From contig NW_021835331.1 in assembly GCF_006345805.1 (NCBI RefSeq), positions 1 to 40,881 of the forward strand: DNA of 40,881 nt. The letters run 5' to 3'. The position numbers were made by a program, and so were the translations under genes. The stretch is from Octopus sinensis. Taxonomy: Eukaryota. This document shows positions 13,303 to 25,291 of this stretch, one piece after another. Position 1 is the stretch's first letter; each line of letters begins with the position of its first letter. The notes under the pieces are model-generated. The model was not told where the DNA came from. It made no database searches and worked only from the letters and a program-made list of their open reading frames with translations.

Positions 13303-13527
13303 ATGTATGTACACATGTGCATATGCAAGTCAGTTATTTAATAGTTATAATATGCATATATCATATGCATATACTGGATATTCATAAGTACAGGCATCAA
13401 TTTATTCATATTTGTGGATATGTTCCTACACACGCACATACATATGTATATACATATATATACATATATGTATATACATATATATACATATATGTATATA
13501 CATATATATATACATATATACACGCAC

Positions 13528-13569
<42 letters not shown>

Positions 13570-13669
13570 TATATTATATATGTATATATACATGTGTGTA
13601 TATATATATGCATATATATTATATATATATATATAATATATATATATATATGTACATATATATATATGC

Positions 13670-13700
<31 letters not shown>

Positions 13701-13849
13701 ATATATATATATATATATATATGTATATTTACATTTAGGTTTATGTATACATATTCCCATTAATAAATATGTATTGATATATACATGTATTGATATTCCT
13801 ATTTATGTATACATACATACACACACATATATATGCATGTATGTATATA

Positions 13850-13890
<41 letters not shown>

Positions 13891-14069
13891 GCATAAATTT
13901 CTGCATTCCCATATTTATGTATATACACACACATGCACATACACACAAACATATAGGCATATAGAGATACACACACATATATGCATACATATATTGGTAC
14001 ATATTCATATACACCACACATACGCACACACGCACATACATATATATGTATGTCTGTATGTATGTATAC

Positions 14070-14138
<69 letters not shown>

Positions 14139-14260
14139 CATTTCTGCATTCCCATATATATGTATATACACACCCATGCACATACATAAATACATATAGG
14201 CATACACACTCATGCACATATACGCATACATAGATACATATTCATATACGTGCCACACAC
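13200..14260. repeat. Compound (AT)n/(AC)n/(GT)n low-complexity tract
   Basis: Direct reading; the YI-repeat ORFs are artefacts. Confidence 0.9.
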
Positions 14261-14651
14261 ACACACCGTACACATATCTTTATAATTATTTCTTCCTACG
14301 CAAATATTTCTGAAGTGTTTATTCCAGAAGCGATGTGATACGACTGTACTGATATTATATATATTGTATTTTTTATGTTATGTAATATTATATTACATTA
14401 TACTATACCATATTACACTATATTATATTATTTTCTATCATATTACATTTTATTATACTGCACCATATTTTTTTCTAGATTATGCCATCGCTTTTCGTGG
14501 TAGAATTTACTTATATGCATATATCAGTGATAAAAGCCAGCTATGGCGAGAGTTTCTGCAGGTGCTGGATTCAGCTGAACTGCTAGAAATAATAGTTAAA
14601 TCTGTTCTTCGAATCAGGAAGGCATCTAATCATTTTTTTAATGGCGGATAT

Positions 14652-15092
14652 GTGTAGGAGTGGCTGTGTGGTAATAGGGGCAGGAGTGGCAGTGTGGCAA
14701 GTAGTTTGCTTACAAACTACATGGTTCCAGGTTCAGTGCCACTGCGTGGCACCTTGGGAGAGTGTCTTCTACTGTAGCCTCGGGCCGACCGAAGCTTTGC
14801 GAGTTGATTTGGTAGACAGAAACTGAAAGAATCCCGTCGTGTATATGTATATGTATATATGTGTACGTGTGTGTATATGTTTGTGAGTCTGTGTTTGTCC
14901 CCCGCCAACATCGTTTGACAACCGATACTGGTTTGTTTACGTCCACGTAACTTAACTGTTCGGCAAAAGAGACCGATAGAATAAGTACTAGGCTTACAAA
15001 GTATAAGTCCTGTGGTCGATTTGGTTGACTAAAGGCGGTGCTCCAGCATTGCCACAGTCAAATGACTGAAACGGGTAAAAGAGTAAAGAGAG
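14652..15092 (+). mobile_element. SINE family B, full length, with a duplicated 5' end
   Basis: gtaggagtggctgtgtggtaa (14654-74) is followed by gcaggagtggcagtgtggcaa (14680-700). The body runs to aaaagagtaaagag. Confidence 0.92.
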
Positions 15093-15167
15093 TTGTTGAT
15101 TTGTTCTCGTTTAATATATTGGAGACTAGTTTTACTATAGATATATTGTATGTTTTATCTGCTATTT

Positions 15168-15243
15168 GTTTCAGACAATACACTGCGTCCATGCTGGAGC
15201 ACCGACACCTTGTTTGGTTTCCGTTAAACAAATCGACCCCAGT
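15168..15243 (-). mobile_element. SINE family B 3' fragment, inverted relative to 14652-15092
   Basis: gtttcagacaatacactgcgtccatgctggagcaccg...aaatcgacccc. Confidence 0.7.
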
Positions 15244-15269
15244 ACAACTCTCTCACACGCACACGTATA

Positions 15270-15490
15270 CACGAAGGAGAGCTGAAAAGTTTCTGGCTTT
15301 AAGGGCACCGTGAAAGCCTTAGTTGAAGGTCCAACCTTCCGAGTTCTTTTACAGGGTTTAGAAAAACTGATGGACCGTTGCAATTAACGTGTGAATCTGA
15401 AGAGGGAATATCTTGATTAAAATCATAATTAACTGATCCGCCTCTATTTTCTTTTACCCAAACGCAAGAAATTTTCAGTACACACTACTA
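15270..15490 (+). mobile_element. Mariner-derived MITE
   Basis: Degenerate TIRs (cgaaggagagctgaaaagtttctggcttt / aaacgcaagaaattttcagtacac). The interior translates as QGLEKLMDRCN*RVNLKREYLD*, like the mariner transposase C-terminus GI.KL..RW.KC...GEY. Confidence 0.7.
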
Positions 15491-15569
15491 CTATTACTAC
15501 TACTGCATACACACACAAACATACACACAAACGCACACGCACATATATACATACATATATATATGAAAT

Positions 15570-15820
15570 AAAATACAAAATGGGACAAGAACGCAAAACA
15601 GCTGGACAACTAGCTGATACAAAAAGTGACAACAAAATATCCAGATAGACGATACAAAAAAACAAGGACGGGTCATTCGAAGCCTTTTATCTTCAGCCAA
15701 GAACCGGATCATCCTCGCAATTTCGGCTGATTAATTTTGAGATTGCTCCAATCTGGCCAGCCTTAAGGAAAAACTAAGCATCGAATGTATACGAAAACAA
15801 GGACGGAAATGGAAGTTGTA
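15570..15820. repeat. Unclassified dispersed repeat (same family as 5381-5700)
   Basis: Shared blocks at 15752-15810. The left boundary is approximate. Confidence 0.6.
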
Positions 15821-15863
15821 ATAATAATAATAATATAATAATAATAATATAATAATAATAATA

Positions 15864-17492
15864 ACATCTAACGTTAACCTTAACCAGCAGAATGTCATAA
15901 AAGAACTAGACCCAGGGAAGAGCTACAAGTACCTAGGGGTAATTGAAGGGAACGGAATAAGGCATTCAGAGATGAAGGAAAGGATCAGGAGAGAATGCTA
16001 TCGAAGAGTGAGAGCAATACTCAAGACAGAGCTGAATGCAAGAAACAAGATCGAAGCAATCAATGCATTAGCCATACCAGTCGTGACTTACAGTTTCAAT
16101 ATTGTTAACTGGTCAATTACTGAAATATGTCAGCTCGACAGAAAAATAAGGAAACTGTTGACAATGCATAGAATGCAGCACCCTAAGGCAGATACAGAAA
16201 GACTCTATCTGCCAAGAAAAGAGGGAGGCCGTGGTCTTTTACAACTGGCAATAACAATGAAGATTGCTACAATTGGCCTAGACACCTACCTGAAAAACTC
16301 TGAGGACTGGATGTTAAAACTTGTCTCAAAACATGAAAACAAGAAAGCATCATACTCAGTCACAAAACAGGCAAAGGAATATCTAAGTGAATTCCGAATA
16401 CAACCAATTTCGGAATTAGAGATAGACATACAAGAAACAAGCACAGAAAAAGCTAGGCGCATGAAAACCCGTGCCAAAACTGCGGCCTTAGATATTCTGA
16501 ATAATAAATGGCAAGAAAAACCTCTCTATGGCAAATACCCAAAGAGAGCGAATAATGCAGATATCGACAAAGCCCTGACCCATCAATGGCTAATGGCCTC
16601 TGGCTTAAAATCTGAAACAGAGGGGTTTATCATAGCAGCTCAAGATCAATGCCTACCAACAAGAAACTACCAGGCCAACATATTAAAGATCAGAAGCAGT
16701 CCAACGTGTCGTGTATGCCAGCAACAAAATGAAACCATTGACCATGTGGTCTCCAGGTGCAGTCTTCTAGCGCCTACAGAGCATCTCAACAGACACGATA
16801 GAGCTGCACAATATATTCACTGGGTAATCTGCAAAAACCTGGATTTGCCCCATGAAAAAAACTGGTGGGAACACAAACCACCCCCAGTGCTTGAAAATGA
16901 CCACATCTCACTCCTCTGGAACTTCACCATTCAAACTGACAGAAAGATAGATGCAAATAGGCCAGACATCATATTGAAAGACTTCAAACAAAGAACATGC
17001 CTCCTCATTGATATGACTGTCCCAATCGATATAAACGTATCTGTCAAGACCTACCAAAAACTGAACAAATATAAAGATCTTGAAATAGAAATCAGCAAAA
17101 TGTGGAAGCTGAAGACTAAAGCAATACCTGTTGTCATAGATGCCCTGGGAATGATAGCGAAAGGGACTGATTGCTACCTAACTCAGATACCAGGAAACAC
17201 TAACATGGCAGAAATTCAAAAGAAGTGCTCATGGGAACTGCTCATATCCTACGCAAAATACTCTCTATGTAATCCCAAGGTTTAAAACAAACTTTTTATT
17301 TATTTATTTATTGTTTTTTTTAATTTTATTTATTTTTTTATTTTATTTTTTTTTATGTATTAGACATTCACTAGTACAACACCAAAAAAAAACCCAAATA
17401 TATGACACAGAACTTCCAACCTGTTGTCTCTTGAGGTCTCTGGGTGAGACTTGGAGCCAACTTGTACAGACATAAAGCAAAAGTCAAACATA
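15864..17492 (+). mobile_element. 5'-truncated R4/Dong-clade non-LTR retrotransposon (RT end, CCHC, RLE, 3'UTR), copy 1, embedded in (TAA)n
   Basis: In-frame from 15864: YKYLG (RT domain 7, 15924-38), HPKAD..RLYLPRKEGGRGL, LKSETEGFIIAAQDQ, CRVC..ETIDHVVSRC, RPDI..IDMTVP..K..KYKDL. Flanked by (TAA)n at 15820-63 and 17494-571. Confidence 0.93.
15972..17285 (+). pseudogene. RT-thumb/CCHC/restriction-like endonuclease polyprotein remnant
   Basis: 437-aa ORF. A 1-bp deletion at about 17223 (aagaagtg versus aagatagtg in copy 2) frameshifts the last residues. The original stop is at 17270-72. Confidence 0.9.
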
Positions 17493-17570
<78 letters not shown>

Positions 17571-17572
<2 letters not shown>

Positions 17573-17595
17573 GTAGTAGTAGTAACTTTTATTAA

Positions 17596-17661
<66 letters not shown>

Positions 17662-18587
17662 CATTATTATTATTATTATTACCCTTGCTATTGTTATCCA
17701 TGATATTGTTGTCCACGTATTATTTTTATTGGCTTTAGCAATTCTGAGCGGATGGGCTTAATCGACACATTCAACCCCCGTATATAACTGGTACCTTTTT
17801 CATCGATCCTGCAGGATCGAAAGGCAAAGGTAACTTCATTGGGACTTCAACATTCTAAATTGAAATCCCGCCGAGATCAACTTGACCATTCATTCTTCCA
17901 GAGTAAGTAAAAATGAGTTACATGTCAAGTACCTTTTTACGTGCCAGGTCCATTAATTCACGAGGCATTTACAAAGTACCCTAATCGATATAATTGCTGT
18001 GTTGCTTCGAAGACAATCCACTTGATTACACAACGCCTATGACCAACGCGCTCCCAGTATGACCATACTGTCTATTTTAACAGGTTGGAGGTTTGCATTT
18101 GCATCGTTTACTGATGGAAGAGTGTGACTTAGCTGCCATTTCTAGAAGATCAAAAATATCATAAATCAGGCATAGTTAAATATCTTCGAGAAACGAACCA
18201 CAGGAGAAATTACTCATTATCAGGTGGGCCGCACAACTAAAATACTTTCGAGATAATTTTTCGTTGTTTTGCCATTCCAAATGTCCCATGGTCGTAGTTT
18301 GTCTACGACTGGCATAGATCGTTCAATTATTTCAAAGGCTTTCCAGTTTTACATTATCTAAGAAGTTTTCCTTTTTATTTTAAGACGTTAGAATTGTAGA
18401 TATTGAGTTAAAGGAGAATTTGCTTCCTATTTCTAGCAGAGTAAACAGTTTACTCGTAAATGAATGAAAAAGAGCGAAACACCAGACAACTTGTGGAAAT
18501 GGAAGTTGTAAAGGTATTTAGATTGAAAACAAAACGAATTCCAAGTGATTCTTCCAAGATACGCAAAATAATAATAATGATAATAAA

Positions 18588-18630
<43 letters not shown>

Positions 18631-18717
18631 TTAATAATAATAATAATAATAATGATAATAATAATGATGATGATGATGATAATAATAATAATAATAATAA
18701 TGGTGATAATAATAATG

Positions 18718-18756
<39 letters not shown>

Positions 18757-18759
18757 TAA

Positions 18760-18790
<31 letters not shown>

Positions 18791-18902
18791 AAGAAGAAGA
18801 AGAAGGAGAGGAAGAAGAAGAAGATGATGATGATGATGATGATGAAAAAGGTGAATAGAGAAAATAATGATAGAAATAACAATACCAACAATAATGATGG
18901 TG

Positions 18903-18977
<75 letters not shown>

Positions 18978-18988
18978 GTAGTAGTAAC

Positions 18989-19046
<58 letters not shown>

Positions 19047-19940
19047 CTTGCTATTGTTATTCATGATATTGTTGTCCACGTATTATTTTTATTGCCTTTA
19101 ACAATTCTGAGCGGATGGGCTTAATCGACACATTCAACCCCCGTATATAACTGGTACCTTTTTCATCGATCTTGCAGGATCAAAAGGCAAAGTTAACTTC
19201 AGTGGGACTTCAACATTCTAAATTGAAATCCCGCCGAAATCAACTTGACCATTCATTCTTCCAGAGTAAGTAAAAATGAGTTACATCAGGTCCTTTAATT
19301 CACGAGGCATTTACAAAGTACCCTAATCGATATAATTGCTGTGTTGCTTCGAAGACAATCCACTTGATTACACAACGCCTATGACCAACGCGCTCCCAGT
19401 ATGACCATACTGTCTATTTTAACAGGTTGGAGGTTTGCATTTGCATCATTTACTGATGGAAGAGTGTGACTTAGCTGCCATTTCTAGAAGATCAAAAATA
19501 TCATAAATCAGGCATAGTCAAATATCTTCGAGAAACGAACCACAGGAGAAATTATTCATTATCAGGCGGGCCGCACAACTAAAATACTTTCGAGATAATT
19601 TTTCGTTGTTTTGCCATTCCAAATGTCCCATGGTCGTAGTTTGTCTACGACTGGCATAGATCGTTCAATTATTTCAAAGGCTTTCCAGGTTTACATTATC
19701 TAAGAAGTTTTCCTTTTTATTTTAAGACGTTAGAATTGTAGATATTGAGTTAAAGGAAGAATTTGCTTCCTATTTCTAGCAGAGTAAACAGTTTACTCGC
19801 AAATGAAATGAAAAAGAGAGAAACACCAGACAACTTGTGGAAATGGAAGTTGTAAAGGTATTTAGATTGAAAACAAAACGAATTCCAAGTGATTCTTCCA
19901 AGATACGCAAAATAATAATAATGATAATAAAAATAATAAT

Positions 19941-20011
<71 letters not shown>

Positions 20012-20160
20012 GATGAAGAAGGAGAAGAAGAAGGAGAGGAAGAAGAAGAAGAAGAAGAAGAAGATGATGATGATGATGATGATGATGAAAAAGCTGAATA
20101 GAGAAAATAATGATAGAAATAACAATACCAACAATAATGATGGTGATAATAATAATAATG
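17571..20160. repeat. Tandem duplication of a ~1.2-1.4-kb unit (17571-18975 and 18976-~20160)
   Basis: The unique core is offset by 1363 bp (attctgagcgg at 17741 and 19104). By eye it shows about 17 substitutions and a few indels in ~0.9 kb, including a 20-bp indel. Both ends lie in (AAT)n. Confidence 0.95.
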
Positions 20161-20255
<95 letters not shown>

Positions 20256-20865
20256 AATACTAATAATAGTAATAATAACAACAACAACAACAATAATGAT
20301 AATAATAATAACAGCCGTTTCTTTAGTTTTTATAATAGTTTCTTTAAGAATTTTAAATCCCAGAGCAATTGATTGAAGGACCTCGTGAAATGTAATTGAT
20401 GACAAAAGGAGAAAGGAAAAAACAAAAGGAAATGAAGAAAAAAAAGAAGCGAAAGAGTGAAGAGAGCGACAGAGAGAAAAAAAATGAGAAGCACAAATGT
20501 TGTGATGTTTCGATGCAATAATATAAGTTAGATTTCTATGTAGTTGTTGTTGTTGCTATTTTTCTGTGGATGACAAGAGAGTGGTGATTGAGAATCTTCT
20601 GCGAGTGTCCTAATAATTTAGACGACTGGCGCCATCCAACATTTAAAGAAAATAACATCGGTTAATGTTGCTGCGGATGATGACTATAAACGAATGATGG
20701 TGATGCTGATGGTGGTGGTGGTGGAGACGATGTTGATGGTTATGATACAAAGAGACAAAACAGTCGGAAAATTGAAACAAAACATCACACATACCCAAGA
20801 TGCGAGAAACTGGGTTCGCTTGTTCAGTGACAGCTCAAAATAAAAATGATAAAAACTACATCAAC

Positions 20866-20948
<83 letters not shown>

Positions 20949-20994
20949 AATGATGATGATGATGATGATGATGATGATAATAATAATAATAATA

Positions 20995-21039
<45 letters not shown>

Positions 21040-21044
21040 TAATA

Positions 21045-22300
21045 AAACGACTTTATCTGCCAAGAAAAGAGGGAGGCCGTAGACTCTTACAACTGGCAAT
21101 AACAATGAAGATTGCTACAATTGGCCTAGACACCTACCTGAAAAACTCTGAGGACTGGATGTTAAAACTTGTCTCAAAACATGAAAACAAGAAAGCATCA
21201 TATTCAGTAACAATACAGGCAAAGGAATATCTAAGTGAATTCCAAATACAACAAATTTCGGAATTAGAGATAGACATACAAGAAACAAGCACAGAAAAAG
21301 CTAAGCGCATGAAAACTCGTGCTAAAATTGCGGCCTTAGATATTCTGAATGATAAATGGTAAGAAAAACCTCTCTATGGTAAATACTCAAAGAGAACGAA
21401 TAATGCAGATGTTGACAAAGCCCTGACCCATCAATGGCTAATGGCCTCTGGCTTAAAATCTGAAACAGACGGATTTATCATAGCAGCTCAAGATCAATGC
21501 CTGCCAACAAGAAACTATCAGGCCAACATATTAAAGAACGGCAGTAGCCCAACATGGCGTGTATGTCAACAACAAAATGAAACAATTGATCATGTTGTCT
21601 CCAAGTGCAGTCTTCTAGCGCCTACAGAGTATCTCAGCAGGCATGATAGAGCTGCAAAATATATTCACTGGGTAATTTGCAAAAACCTGGATTTGCCCCA
21701 TGAAAAAAACTGGTGGGAACACAAACCACCTCCAGTACTTGCAAATGACCACATCTCACTCCTCTGGAACTTCACTATTAAAACTGACAGAAAGATCGAT
21801 GCGAATAGGCCAGACATCATATTGAAAGACTTCAGACAAAGAACATGCCTCCTCATTGATATGACTGTCCCAATCGATATAAACATATCTGTCAAGACCT
21901 ACCAAAAACTGAGCAAATATAAAGATCTTGAAATAGAAATCAGCAAAATGTGGAACCTGAAGACTAAAACAATACCTGTTGTCATAGGTGCCCTGGGAAT
22001 GATAGTGAAAGGGGCTGATTGCTACCTAACTCAGATACCAGGAAACCCCAAAATGGCAGAAATTCAAAAGATAGTGCTCATGGGAACTGCTCATATCCTA
22101 CGCAAAATACTTTCTATGTAATCTCAAGGTTTAAAACAAACATTTTTTTTTAGACATTCACTAGTACAACACCAAACAAAACCCAAATATATGGCACTCT
22201 AGGCATATCAACAACGTGAACTTCCAACCTGTTGTCTCTTGAGGTCTCTGGGTGAGACTTGGAGCCAACTTGTACAAATATAAAGTAAAAGTCAAACATA
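21045..22300 (+). mobile_element. 5'-truncated R4/Dong-clade retrotransposon, copy 2, embedded in (TAA)n
   Basis: Starts at RLYLPRKEGGR and ends with the same aaaagtcaaacata as copy 1. 11 differences in a 260-bp stretch compared by eye. (TAA)n on both sides. Confidence 0.93.
21105..22121 (+). pseudogene. CCHC/RLE polyprotein remnant
   Basis: Nonsense CAA>TAA at 21360-62; first zinc-knuckle Cys changed to Trp (21555-57); intact C-terminus QKIVLMGTAHILRKILSM*. Confidence 0.9.
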
Positions 22301-22544
22301 TAATAATAATAATAATAATAATCCTTTCTACTGAAGGCACGACGCCTGAAATTTTTTGGGGGGATGAAGTGGGGTATGATTCAATTACATCGACCTCAGT
22401 GTTTCACTGGTAATTAATTAATCAAATCCGAAAGGATGAAAGGCAAAGTCGACCTCGGTGGAATCTGAACTCACAACGATGTGACAGGCGAAATACCGCT
22501 AAGCATTTCGTTCAGCGCAGTAATGATTCTGCCAGCTCGCCGCC
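22301..22544 (-). mobile_element. SINE family A whose (ATT)n tail is the 3' flank of Dong-like copy 2
   Basis: The head ends at ctcgccgcc (22544). On the - strand the tail reads tttcaggcgtcgtgccttcagtagaaaggattattatt. Confidence 0.85.
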
Positions 22545-22629
22545 TTAACAACAACAACAACAACAACAACACAACAACAACATTAATACTAATAATAATA
22601 ACAGTAATAGCGGTGATGGCGATGTTGAC

Positions 22630-23480
22630 GAACGTTACCTTACCTCAGCTTCAGAGAGACAAGCGCTTGCGTAGAATCTCTGGACATAACAGCGAAAATA
22701 AGGTGACCTATAAGGGAAGGCCTCTTGCTGGGCAGTGGTTCAGTAAAGATTCAGACTGATCACAGCGTATCATAGAAGTAGCAGGTAAGCTTTACAGATA
22801 TCAGAAAAGAACAGATCAGTATCAACACAATAGATTATTTTAGACAGACCGGAAAAGATATTATAACAACAACAAAAAAGTGGAAAAGAAAGTACCGAAG
22901 ATGCGAAAACTAATGCAGAAGAAGCTAGAAAGTTCTGGAGTAATATTTGGAGTAAGTCAGTCACTCACAGTGGAGATGCAATATGGTTAAAGAAAGCACT
23001 AACGAGTGAGAAACAACTACACTGGCGAAAATAAATTTAAGACCGATGATAAAAGTTATATTTCTTACAAAATATTTTGTTACTAACACCATACATACTA
23101 TTTTTATCTTTTACACCTTATGCAGAATTTATTTCTCTTTCGAATAATGCAGACAATAACTATTTTTATACAGCTTGAAGAATTCTAAAGCTAAATAGAA
23201 GGCCTAATTTAGTAGTAGTGGATGAAACGAATAGAAATTGCCAGAAAATGGACCTTAAAGTCTTAAATGATGAAAATATCAATATGAGGTACAGAAAAAA
23301 ATAGCAAAGTACTAGGACCTAGCCATTGAATCACAGAGACTATGAAAGTTCGGGTAAAATGTACCCCAGTAATTATAGGCGGATTAGGAACTATCCCTAA
23401 AAATCTGAACAGATGGATAGAAGAAATAGGCATAAAACCTAACTTTGTATAGATTCAGAAAACAGTGTTATTAGGGGCCA
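22630..23480 (+). mobile_element. Old, internally deleted R4-clade relic (pre-RT region joined to the RLE domain)
   Basis: 22763-23000 reads QRIIEVAGKLYRYQKRTDQYQHNRLF*..AEEARKFWSNIWSK..AIWL. 23194-23480 reads NRRPNLVVVD..MDLKV..KY*DL..PVIIGGLGTIPKNL..IQKTVLLG. The left boundary is approximate. Confidence 0.75.
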
Positions 23481-24810
23481 AGCGTAGCTGTCATGTGGAG
23501 CTACTTGGAATGTTTATTATCAAGAGTAAGAAGAATCCGACAGCCATATGGTTTCGCTTTGTCTGGTGGCTATCGCCAAAGAGATTGTATTTTGAAAGCG
23601 TCTGGAGAAGATCGAGAAGAGTAAGAACTGTTAAATTCCTGCCAGTTCCCAGGGCTGAAATTTTATTTGTACATTCGTCAGAATTATGAGCCTGAAATTT
23701 TGTATGTGTTCATTTCTTGTTTCATATCCTGGCAGCAACATTACTTTTCGGTTCACATAACAAGTAGTTTGCCCAGCTTCTTGCATCATGCAATCTTGGG
23801 ATGAAGTGCAAGAACGGAATAACCGTCAGCGAGGCCTGTCCGAGATGACCGCTGAATGAATATTAAGCATATTCTCGTTCGATGTCCAGTCGTGACTCAC
23901 TTGTCAAGTTTCGTAGAACAGTTGGTGCCACGCATAAGATAAATGCAGATATTGGCCAAAATCGAACTACCATTTTGTTTAGTCGGGACGGGAAGAGCCG
24001 GCCTGGAAGGGCAAGCGGTTTTTCTCTCTCTAATGACTACGGAGAAAAATTATTTTAAATTTCCAGACAGTTCGTGATGTCGTCAGGACCAGAGAAGAAG
24101 CCGGCTCTACCCGCCTTGGGTGAACGTCGTCACAAGTACAAGTATAATTATCGATAGTGTATTGAACCCACGGTTTTCTTCGGCACTAATTCGGATTATG
24201 TCCCGTAAATGAATAAAAACTGGGATTAGGTTATTAGTAAGGTGGCCACCCACCCGGAAATTGACTGAGAAACTATGTCTCGGGCGTAGAACGCGTGTAT
24301 TATCTCTAATACTTATTTACCGGCCACCAGTCGTGTTTCTTTGTCCATTCACACAACACTTTGCTTCGAAGGACTTATGACTCAGTGACTATGAGCAAGT
24401 TCTAGGGATGCCAGACGTGGCAATGCTACCAATAGATGATGAGGTTTTGACGATAAGCTTCATAGGCAGGAAAATGCCGTCTGTTAGGCCTATCACACAC
24501 GTAAGCTAAATAATGAAACCATTCTTCGCATACTCGATTCAGTGTCCAGGCGTAGCTGTCATGTGGAACGACTTTGAATGTTCACTATCAAGAATAGGAA
24601 GAATCCGGCGGTCATATGAGTTTTTTTTTTATATAAAGATAGTTTCGCTGACCCCGGTTTTAACAGGGGAGGATGCAGTTAATTTCACTTTGTCTGGTGG
24701 CTATCGCCAAAGAAATTGCTTCAGAAGATCGAGGCGAGTGAGAAATGTTTCTCTCCGATGAAGCCCTTATCGAAATTCTTCCATTTCCAGAATAAAGTGA
24801 GGGAAAGTGG
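23481..24810 (+). mobile_element. Decayed L1/Tx1-like ORF2 C-terminal region, with a second partial copy at 23481-23640
   Basis: 24418 onward reads WQCY..DKLHR..ETIL..QCPGVAVMW..LSRIGRIR..LVAIAKE (frameshifted zinc-knuckle region). Blocks gcgtagctgtcatgtgg and ctttgtctggtggctatcgccaaaga occur twice. Confidence 0.55.
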
Positions 24811-24886
24811 AGTGGAGCATATATATATATATATAATATATATATGTGTGTGTGTGTGTGTGTGTTATATATATATATGCATATAC

Positions 24887-24926
<40 letters not shown>

Positions 24927-24940
24927 CAAATATATATACT

Positions 24941-24973
<33 letters not shown>

Positions 24974-25017
24974 TTATATATATATGCATACATACATATA
25001 TGTATATATATATATAT

Positions 25018-25048
<31 letters not shown>

Positions 25049-25255
25049 CTTATATATACACATATGTTCGTGCATGCTTTGTATATAATGTACATATATA
25101 TATTTATATGTTTGTGTGTGTATACGTACTGAAGCACGCACAAGGACAGACGCATATGTATATGCACACACATATACACACACATACACACACACATATA
25201 TATATGCACATATAAATATGTATATATATGTATATATATGTGCATGTATATATGC

Positions 25256-25291
<36 letters not shown>

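Noticed and set aside
15661-15780. - strand CTGAAGA...CGAA and GCC-GAAA motifs in the unclassified repeat
   Set aside because: GAAT replaces GAAA in one, the other has no clear CUGANGA, and the stems are unconvincing in this copy.
15805-15820. 16-bp match ggaaatggaagttgta shared with 18496 and 19839 (possible TSD or target motif)
   Set aside because: The positions do not bracket the element, and the first copy appears to belong to a different repeat; probably coincidental.
23481-24750. LTR retrotransposon suggested by terminal direct repeats
   Set aside because: The repeats are interrupted and translate as LINE ORF2 C-terminal sequence; no TG..CA ends, PBS or PPT.
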